Source: Candidatus Bathyarchaeota archaeon (GTDB lineage Archaea; Thermoproteota; Bathyarchaeia; 40CM-2-53-6). Taken from it: a stretch of 64,000 nucleotides of DNA. Positions 57,228 to 64,000 of the stretch are shown piece after piece; positions within the stretch are counted from its first letter, which is position 1; each line of letters opens with the position of its first letter. The notes under the pieces were generated by a model, which saw only the letters and a program-made list of their open reading frames with translations, was not told where the DNA came from and ran no database searches. Position numbers and translations under genes: made by a program. The stretch covers positions 416,001-480,000 of the forward strand of contig CAVTBR010000002.1 in the NCBI GenBank assembly GCA_963733055.1. The letters run 5' to 3'.

Positions 57228-58682
57228 TTACATCTGCGAGGCGGCCCGAAGCTCATGCATGCTCTTTCGAAGTTTTGCCTGTAGTCTTGCGTTACGTGTG
57301 CGGGATCTCTTGCATGAAACAAATTCTTGTGCGATAAGCCTCTTTGTTTCTTGCGGATTAGGGCTGCCGCTAGTTCGATACAGGCGAAGGTGACGGCCGA
57401 GATCCAAAGCGTCACCGATCGACTTCATCGTGCTTGGCCGGATTGACCTTCCTAGAACCCGTTCCCAATCTGATCGCTTCATGTCTTTGAAAGTCATGCC
57501 TTGACTGAGGGCTGATCGTGCAACTGAGCCGACCAGGTGGTGAGCGGTTCTGAAGGGCAAGTCTTCCTTTCTTACTAGGAGGTTGGCAATTTCAGTTGCC
57601 GCAGTGAACTCTAGGTAACGCCTGCTCGACAATCGACGGTCAACGGTTATCCTAGGCATGATTGCGGTGAGAATTCGGAGGCAGGCTTTGAGTTCGTCAA
57701 TCGACTCCCAGAGAATGGGCGTTACTTCCTGGTAGTCAAGATTGTATCCTGAGGGTAAACCGTGCATTATTGAAAGTCCAGAATTGAAATTGGCTCCGAT
57801 TTTCCCGCACTTTGCACGGATTAGCTCGAGCGGGTCGGCGTTTTTCTTTTGGGGCATGATGCTGCTCGTCGAGGCGAACTCGTCGGGAATCGAAACGAGC
57901 GCGGCTTCTGCTGAGCTGTAGAAGATTAGATCTGTCGCGATTCGGGAGAGGTCGGAAGCTAAGAGGGCACAGTTTCCAAGAATCTCTAAGGCGAAGTCAC
58001 GGCCGCCAACCGCGTCTAAAGAAGCGTCCACAAGCTCATCAAAGCCAAGTAGGCGCGCGATCAACCGCCGATTCAGCGGTATACTTGTTCCAGCCAACGC
58101 CGCGGCACCCATTGGCGAACGATTGACTCTCCCGTATGCTTCGGTTAGCCGATCTACATCTCGTGACAAAGAAGCACAGTTCGCAAGCAGGTAATGGGCG
58201 AAACTTATTGGTTGTGCGGGCTGAAGATGGGTATAGCCCGGGAACACGGTAGTAATATGCTTCTTCGCTAAGCTTAGGATTGAGAATTCGAGAGTAAGTA
58301 TTTGGCCACTGAGTTCGATTATCTCGCTCCTGAGAGTCATTCTAATAGCTGTAACGACTTGGTCGTTCCGACTCTTGCCGAGGTGAAGTAGACCCCCCAC
58401 CTCTCTACCCGTACGTTTCGTGACAGTATCCTCAATTACCACGTGAATATCTTCCGCGTTTCGTTCAGGAAAATTGTAACTTTCAAGGCTTCTCAGTGCC
58501 TTCAGAATTCTGCGGGCCTTAGGTTTCTCAATCGTCCCAGATCTAGCGAGCGCAATCACGTGCGCCTCGTTGACCAGGACTGTCGATAACGCTATTCGCT
58601 TGTCGGATTCAAGTGATGAAATAAAATCCACTACATCTTTTCGTGTTCGCCTTAACCGGCCGCCCTTCAGAACAGACGACAT
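57228..58682 (-). CDS. argH: argininosuccinate lyase
   Basis: EDIH, KSRNDQ, PGYTHLQPAQP, SSIMPQKKN, PFRTAH. Confidence 0.95.
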   Translation of the reverse strand: MSSVLKGGRLRRTRKDVVDFISSLESDKRIALSTVLVNEAHVIALARSGTIEKPKARRILKALRSLESYNFPERNAEDIHVVIEDTVTKRTGREVGGLLHLGKSRNDQVVTAIRMTLRSEIIELSGQILTLEFSILSLAKKHITTVFPGYTHLQPAQPISFAHYLLANCASLSRDVDRLTEAYGRVNRSPMGAAALAGTSIPLNRRLIARLLGFDELVDASLDAVGGRDFALEILGNCALLASDLSRIATDLIFYSSAEAALVSIPDEFASTSSIMPQKKNADPLELIRAKCGKIGANFNSGLSIMHGLPSGYNLDYQEVTPILWESIDELKACLRILTAIMPRITVDRRLSSRRYLEFTAATEIANLLVRKEDLPFRTAHHLVGSVARSALSQGMTFKDMKRSDWERVLGRSIRPSTMKSIGDALDLGRHLRLYRTSGSPNPQETKRLIAQEFVSCKRSRTRNARLQAKLRKSMHELRAASQM

Positions 58683-58688
58683 CTAGGG

Positions 58689-59816
58689 TCACTGCGTTGC
58701 AGCCGGTAGGAGTGGTGAACTGTGGGCTTTTTCAACGAACCTTGGGAGAGCGCGGGCGTAGACTTCGATGCATCCTAGGTACTCCGAGATTCTCACATGT
58801 TCAATCTCAGTATGATCAAACCTCGAATCCCCTGGACCATAAGCAAACATGGGAATATTCTGTCGTTGGACAAAGAGGTTCATGTCACTTGTGCCAGTCT
58901 TCTTGACCATGGCAACCTGGCCGCCTTTCATCTTCCTAATGGCCCACCGGAAAGCCGAGACGGCGGTGGAATTGGGAGAACCAAGGAAACCTTCGGTCGG
59001 ATCTTCGAAGCCTACCTGGATCTTCACATCTTTTCGAGTTGAATTGTACCCGCTTGTAAATTCATTAATTTTGGCAACCAGATCGTTCAGCGACATCGCA
59101 GGCGGGACTCTGAGATCAACATCCAAGGTCGCGCGTGTCGGCACACTATTTCCTCCCTCACCAGCTTCCGCGCGGGTGACGCAACCGGTTACCGTATCGA
59201 ACTTGGATTGAGACTTGGTCTTCAGAATTCTTTTTTCAAACGCTCTCCAGAATAGGCTTGATTCCTCGTAGCTGTTGGCTGAGAGCCAGGGTGAAGCCGA
59301 ATGGCCTCCGCTGGTAGTGAAGGTCACGTGCAGTTTGAGGCTTCCCTTGTATCCGATGATCATGTTCGAGACGCCGCTCGGTTCTCCGAATACCGCCATC
59401 GCGTACTGAGTTTGATCATCGATTATCGCACGAATGCCCTTGCTGCTAGTCTCCTCCTCCACGACGGCTGCTAGGATAACTTGGAAAGGATATGAACTTC
59501 TTTCCTTAGCGAGAGCAGCGCCGACGATCATCGCTGCCAGGGACGATTTGGCGTCTACGGCGCCCCGCCCGTAGAGCAGATCGACGTCCTGTCGAATCTG
59601 TATTCGGCCCGGAACCGTATCCATATGTCCGCAGAGTAGAATCCGCGGACCTTCGTTGCCAAGAACGCCAACTACATTCCCAACCTGGTCAATCTTCGAG
59701 TCGAAGCCCCTTGATTGCATTTCTTTATGAAGGAACTCAGCTAGCTCGGCTTCGGATCCGCTCGGGCTGTAGAGTTCCAGCATTTTCTCCAGTAATTTAA
59801 CCGGATAACTTTGCAA
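58689..59816 (-). CDS. lysK: [LysW]-lysine/ornithine hydrolase (M20)
   Basis: YSPSGSE, GHMDTVPG, GRGAVDAK, EE, GTSDMN, GPGD..DH; TTG 59816 follows GGAGG. Confidence 0.9.
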   Translation of the reverse strand: MQSYPVKLLEKMLELYSPSGSEAELAEFLHKEMQSRGFDSKIDQVGNVVGVLGNEGPRILLCGHMDTVPGRIQIRQDVDLLYGRGAVDAKSSLAAMIVGAALAKERSSYPFQVILAAVVEEETSSKGIRAIIDDQTQYAMAVFGEPSGVSNMIIGYKGSLKLHVTFTTSGGHSASPWLSANSYEESSLFWRAFEKRILKTKSQSKFDTVTGCVTRAEAGEGGNSVPTRATLDVDLRVPPAMSLNDLVAKINEFTSGYNSTRKDVKIQVGFEDPTEGFLGSPNSTAVSAFRWAIRKMKGGQVAMVKKTGTSDMNLFVQRQNIPMFAYGPGDSRFDHTEIEHVRISEYLGCIEVYARALPRFVEKAHSSPLLPAATQ

Positions 59817-60996
59817 GCTCCTCCTTCTCCAAAATCTTTGGCAGGGTGTTGAGAACACGATCTACGTGCTCTGGTTGGATGCAGAGTGGTGGTAGAAATC
59901 TGAGAATGTTTCGTCCAGCATCAAGCATCAAAACTCCTTGCTGTAAAGCGTCTAGGATAATTTGATGGACCTCAAAGCGGGTCTCGACAGCCAGCATAAG
60001 GCCGAGGCCCCGAACCTCTCTGATTATCCGATGCACACTCATCAATCGCAGAAAGCCAGCCTTGAAGTATTCCCCAACTTTGGCCGCATTATCCACCAGT
60101 TTTTCATCAAACAGGACGTCGATGGTGGCGGATCCGGCTGCGCAGACGACAGGGTTTCCTCCGAACGTGCTCGAATGTTCGCCAACGGAGAGTGAACCCA
60201 TTGTCTCTGAGTTAGCTGCGGTTATGCCAATTGGTAATCCGCTTGCGACGCCTTTTCCCAGGCAAAGGATGTCTGGCTGCATTTCTAAATGTTCAGAAGC
60301 GAACAATTTTCCAGTTCTGCCGAAGCCAGTCTGAATCTCGTCTGCCACGAGCAGCCCACCTGCATCATGAACCAAATCCTGCAAGAGTCCCATCCAGCTC
60401 TTGGAAGGGACACGGATTCCTCCCTCACCCTGGACTGGTTCAACGAGAACTGCTGCAGTGTCGTTCGTAATGGTTTCTTTGGCGGCCTCGAGGTTGCCGA
60501 AGGGGATATGAACGAACCCTGGGACAAGGGGTTCGAAATTCTTCCTGTACTTAGGATCCCACGTTGCCGAGAGCGCCCCATGAGTTTTGCCGTGAAATCC
60601 ACCCTTGACAGCGACAATCTTTCTTTTTCCGGTGAATTTCCGTGCGACTTTGATAGCGCACTCGACTGCCTCGGTGCCGCTGTTGCTGAGGAAGATTCTA
60701 TCGAGGCCCTTAGGTAGAATATTGGTCAGTTTCGAGGTGAATAGTGCTCGAGCGTCATTGTATACTGATCCGTGGCATGCGATGAGCTTCTCGGCTTGAT
60801 CCGCTATTGCCTCTACAACTCGTGGGTGTGCGTGGCCTACGATGCACGCGCCATAGGCTCCGGTGCAGTCAACATATTCCTTGCCACGATCATCGTATAG
60901 CAGCGTTCCTTTTCCGCGAACTATCGTAACTGGTTTGCGTGCATAGTACTTGGCGTAATGCGTGTCTTCAATTGTACGCGCATCCGGTTCAGTCAT
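59797..60996 (-). CDS. lysJ: [LysW]-aminoadipate/glutamate semialdehyde aminotransferase
   Basis: NSGTEA, EPVQGEGG, DEIQTGFGRTG, LGKG, STFGGNP; operon context. Confidence 0.9.
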   Translation of the reverse strand: MTEPDARTIEDTHYAKYYARKPVTIVRGKGTLLYDDRGKEYVDCTGAYGACIVGHAHPRVVEAIADQAEKLIACHGSVYNDARALFTSKLTNILPKGLDRIFLSNSGTEAVECAIKVARKFTGKRKIVAVKGGFHGKTHGALSATWDPKYRKNFEPLVPGFVHIPFGNLEAAKETITNDTAAVLVEPVQGEGGIRVPSKSWMGLLQDLVHDAGGLLVADEIQTGFGRTGKLFASEHLEMQPDILCLGKGVASGLPIGITAANSETMGSLSVGEHSSTFGGNPVVCAAGSATIDVLFDEKLVDNAAKVGEYFKAGFLRLMSVHRIIREVRGLGLMLAVETRFEVHQIILDALQQGVLMLDAGRNILRFLPPLCIQPEHVDRVLNTLPKILEKEELAKLSG

Positions 60997-61808
60997 GCGG
61001 TGATCAAAGTCCCGGTTTCTCCGTTGATTGCGTCGGTGTATGGGGCTGTGCCCTTACCTGGTGCTACCACAACTTTGCCGACGCCTTTCGAAAGGGCCTC
61101 GAGCGCAGCGTAAACTTTTGTGATCATTCCCGGTCCGAGCTTTGATAGGTCTCTCTTCGCCTCGTCGGCGTTCAGATGACGTGCGATACCGGAATCTAGA
61201 GAAACTCCTCCCACATCAGTTATGAGCAATAAAACGTCAGCTTGCAGAGTTGCAGCAACATGCGCTGCGGTTCTGTCACCGTCTATGTTCAAAGGCTCAT
61301 TTTCAGCGCCGAGTCCTATTGGTGCGATAACTGGGACGTAACCACTGCTAATCAATGCTCTCAAAAGAGTTCCGTCAGTATGCGTAATCATACCGGTGTA
61401 TCCTCCGTCTATGACTCTCCTCCGGCCTCGCTCATCCTTAATGATCAGTTTTCTTTTTCTTTCGGCTCGTATTAGGCTCCCATCTAATCCCGAGAGGCCG
61501 ACCGCCGGTATTTTTCTGCTGAGGAGTTGCAAGACGATTTGTTTGTTGACTTTGCCCGCCATAACCATAGTATAGATTGGAATCGTCTCAGCGTCGGTGT
61601 AGCGGCTTCTGAAACCCTCAGGAGAAGTAACGAATTGCTGATGAACTCCGAGTTTTTCAGCAACACTTGTAACCGTATTCCCCCCTCCGTGGACCAAAAC
61701 AGTCGCCGTCTGGTGCGTCAGAGTTGCGAAATCAGTTAGCGCAGATTCTGAGAAAGCGTCGCTCATTACTTTGTCCCCGACTTTTACAACGATAACCATG
61801 GAAATCAC
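60993..61808 (-). CDS. lysZ: [LysW]-aminoadipate/glutamate kinase
   Basis: VVKVG, VHGGG, SPEGFRSRYTD, NIDGD, GMITK. Confidence 0.92.
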   Translation of the reverse strand: MISMVIVVKVGDKVMSDAFSESALTDFATLTHQTATVLVHGGGNTVTSVAEKLGVHQQFVTSPEGFRSRYTDAETIPIYTMVMAGKVNKQIVLQLLSRKIPAVGLSGLDGSLIRAERKRKLIIKDERGRRRVIDGGYTGMITHTDGTLLRALISSGYVPVIAPIGLGAENEPLNIDGDRTAAHVAATLQADVLLLITDVGGVSLDSGIARHLNADEAKRDLSKLGPGMITKVYAALEALSKGVGKVVVAPGKGTAPYTDAINGETGTLITA

Positions 61809-62860
61809 TACGGGTGTAAGCCTATCTGATTCAAGCCGGTTTTCTCATCGAGGCTTGACATAAGGTTGAAGCACTGAACCGCCGCTCCGGCAGCCCCCTT
61901 CGTCAGGTTGTCTAGGGCGGAGAAGAGAATCAGTCGCTTTGAGTGAGCATCTATCTCGAAGCCTATGTCACAATAGTTTGTGCCAACCGTAACCTTGGGG
62001 TTAGGTAATCCGTAAAGACCTTTCTTGTCTGAAACGATCCTGATGAAGGGTTCTGATTCGTATTTTGCGCGAATTGCCTTGAAGACATCTCGAGGTTCCA
62101 ATCTACTGGTCATGAAGGTGTGGGAGGTGGAGAGGATGCCGCGGATCATGTTTACCGCGTGAGGGGTGAATGAAACATGAAGATTCTTACCGGCGAGTGG
62201 ATCAAGTTCCTGTTCCACCTCTGCAATATGCCGGTGCCCTGTAACCTTGTACGGACGGACCCCTCCCGCCCGTTCGGAGTGGTGGCTTGCAATTGTTGGA
62301 CTAGCCCCGGCACCCGACGAGCCGATTTTCGCATCGATCACAATTCGGTTTAGGTCAATCCATCCGCTTCCCACAATTGGAGCGAGACTTAGGATTGCCG
62401 CGGTAGCCATGCAACCTGGAACAGAAACAAGTTGCGCCGTCTTTATTTTGTCTCGGTGTAGTTCGGGTAGCCCGTATACTGATTTCATCAAGAGATCCGG
62501 TCGAGGGTGATTAAATCCGTAGTATTCCTCGTATGCTTTGGCGTCTTTCAGTCGGAAGTCTGCAGTGAGATCTATCACTTTCACGTTGCGCTCTAGGAGT
62601 TGTGGAACGACTTCGATGGATTTTCCATGTGGCAGCGCGGTGAAGACGAGGTCGCTTCTTGCAATAACGCTCTCCAAACCCTCCTCCTGGAATTTGAGCG
62701 CGGTTACGCCTCTAAGGTTGGGATGAATTCGAAATAGTGGTTCTCCGGCGTATCGCCGCGACGTGACGGCTTGGACCTCGCAGCTTGGATGGGAAAGGAG
62801 TAGCCGTAGGAGCTCGCCACCTACATATCCTGAGCCTCCCGTCACGGAGACGTTTATCAT
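61808..62860 (-). CDS. lysY: [LysW]-phosphate reductase (ArgC/LysY)
   Basis: GGSGYVGGE, ALPHG, YGLPEL, PGC, GSSGAG, DNLTKGAAG. Confidence 0.92.
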   Translation of the reverse strand: MINVSVTGGSGYVGGELLRLLLSHPSCEVQAVTSRRYAGEPLFRIHPNLRGVTALKFQEEGLESVIARSDLVFTALPHGKSIEVVPQLLERNVKVIDLTADFRLKDAKAYEEYYGFNHPRPDLLMKSVYGLPELHRDKIKTAQLVSVPGCMATAAILSLAPIVGSGWIDLNRIVIDAKIGSSGAGASPTIASHHSERAGGVRPYKVTGHRHIAEVEQELDPLAGKNLHVSFTPHAVNMIRGILSTSHTFMTSRLEPRDVFKAIRAKYESEPFIRIVSDKKGLYGLPNPKVTVGTNYCDIGFEIDAHSKRLILFSALDNLTKGAAGAAVQCFNLMSSLDEKTGLNQIGLHP

Positions 62861-63711
62861 TTCTTAGCCTGCTGAATCGTGTACTCGAGTAACAGCTTCG
62901 GAATGTCAATCCCGGTCACGCGAACGGTGTTCTTGAATTCGGTAGTGTGGTTTACTTCGTGAACAACGAAGCCGCTCTCAGTTTCCATTAGGTCTACGCC
63001 GAAAGCGCCGCCCCCGACGGCTTGAGCTGCTCTTATGCTGAGTTCTGCTAGTTCAGGAGTTACCGGAAGATTCTCAGCCACGCCTCCACGCGCCGTGTTA
63101 GTTCGCCAATCGTCTGGTGGGGCGTTTCGGTAAATGGCGGCGACTGCTTGATCGCCGATCACGTAACACCGGATGTCTCGTTCGGGGCGCCTTATTTTCT
63201 CTTGCAGATAGTAGACTTGTTGGATGGGATGCATGTACTCTCTCGGTTCAAGGATTGCGGTTGCTGAATCAGGGTCTTTGATTTGCGCAACGAGCCTTCC
63301 CCAACTTCCAACAATCGGCTTTACGACTGCTGGGTAGCCTAATTGCTCTAATGCTTTGAGTGATGCTTCTTGGGTGAAGGTGAGGAATGTTCGTGGGGTC
63401 GGAATCTTCGCGTGACTGAGAGATATCGATGCGATAAGTTTGTTTCCACAGGTTGACGCTGCCTTGTAGGAGTTGACGACGGGTCTTCCTCTCGCTTCCA
63501 GTGCTGCGGTTACGTGTATACTCCTGAAGAAGGACATGCAGCGTTGGAGGAAAGCGTCCGCTAATTCGATCCCGTCTTGTTCATTTGTGATGTCCCATGC
63601 GAGTTGATTCGTGTCAAAGAGCTGCAGGTTTATGCTATCGCGTTTTGCGGCGTCTATGATGAGCCGCTCGTCGGGCCTTAACTGATCGTACAACAGGCCA
63701 ACTTTGACCGT
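62857..63711 (-). CDS. lysX: LysW-amino acid ligase (RimK/ATP-grasp, LysX/ArgX); true start unclear
   Basis: KVGLLYD, CGNK, KPIVGSWGR, WRTNTARGG, HEVN..EFK; first canonical start (TTG 63693) lies inside the conserved first strand. Confidence 0.9.
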   Translation of the reverse strand, partial: TVKVGLLYDQLRPDERLIIDAAKRDSINLQLFDTNQLAWDITNEQDGIELADAFLQRCMSFFRSIHVTAALEARGRPVVNSYKAASTCGNKLIASISLSHAKIPTPRTFLTFTQEASLKALEQLGYPAVVKPIVGSWGRLVAQIKDPDSATAILEPREYMHPIQQVYYLQEKIRRPERDIRCYVIGDQAVAAIYRNAPPDDWRTNTARGGVAENLPVTPELAELSIRAAQAVGGGAFGVDLMETESGFVVHEVNHTTEFKNTVRVTGIDIPKLLLEYTIQQAKK

Positions 63712-63714
63712 TAC

Positions 63715-63888
63715 CTATTCACCCCAATCCTCTTTCTCAATCACTACTGGTTTGATCGAGCGGCCTTGGGGAGTTACTACCACCTCGAAGTCTAGCCCGC
63801 AATCTTGGCAGCTCACAATTTCCCCATTAACGGCATCATCCGGGACTGTGATCTGAGCCTCGCAATCAACACATTTTTCAATAGACAT
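63715..63888 (-). CDS. lysW: amino-group carrier protein LysW (57 aa, not in ORF track)
   Basis: MSIEKCVDC..GEIVSCQDCGLDFEV..EKEDWGE; GGAGGTGA SD upstream. Confidence 0.97.
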   Translation of the reverse strand: MSIEKCVDCEAQITVPDDAVNGEIVSCQDCGLDFEVVVTPQGRSIKPVVIEKEDWGE

Positions 63889-64000
63889 CCGCTCACCTCC
63901 ATCAAATCGAACTAACGAGTAGTCTAGCGAACACGACCCCTGGGTGCCAGCGTTGGGGCGTTCTACTTTGCCTTACGCGCTTGCGTGGTCGCCTTCGCAG

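Noticed and set aside
253-62909. Numerous short ORFs overlapping well-supported genes in other frames or antisense
   Set aside because: No motifs; expected shadow ORFs.
63715-63717. UAG read-through (pyrrolysine) producing a LysW-LysX fusion
   Set aside because: LysW needs a free C-terminal Glu, and no pyl genes are in the window.
63905-63970. Structured leader upstream of lysW (GAAC-GCCCC..GGGG..GTTC, minus)
   Set aside because: Short imperfect hairpin at the window edge; cannot be distinguished from a terminator of the preceding gene or chance.
1-64000. CRISPR array, rRNA, IS transposase, integrase or viral genes
   Set aside because: No repeat-spacer pattern or recognisable motifs seen.

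Overview
Archaeal chromosomal window. GGAGGTGA Shine-Dalgarno sites, TATA-type promoters, a LysW-dependent lys/arg operon, PEF/PGF-type C-terminal sorting tails and RAD55/KaiC-like and DUF4443-like genes point to a TACK archaeon, plausibly Bathyarchaeia or Nitrososphaeria-related (inference). In order it contains: a TldD/TldE pair; a ~8 kb copper/redox island (four Met/Gly-rich membrane or secreted proteins, a membrane-anchored wHTH regulator, Trx, CcdA, a C2H2-finger redoxin, an unannotated TRASH/YHS peptide, CopZ, CopA) with a shared promoter motif; assorted enzymes and transporters; an A1-type heme-copper oxidase cluster with a split subunit II; tRNA-Pro(TGG); a BlaI-family module with three matching operators; and lysW-X-Y-Z-J-K-argH. 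The most unusual item is a 1020-bp integrase-free cassette at the tRNA-Pro 3' end. It carries one HTH plus double-LAGLIDADG endonuclease gene between 31-bp direct repeats of the tRNA 3' end, and the gene's stop codon lies antisense inside the tRNA T-loop. Several single-base lesions (coxG, DUF1404, possibly vgb, the M6 protease zinc motif, the lysX start) could be real or sequencing errors. All family assignments come from motif recognition by eye; no database searches were run.
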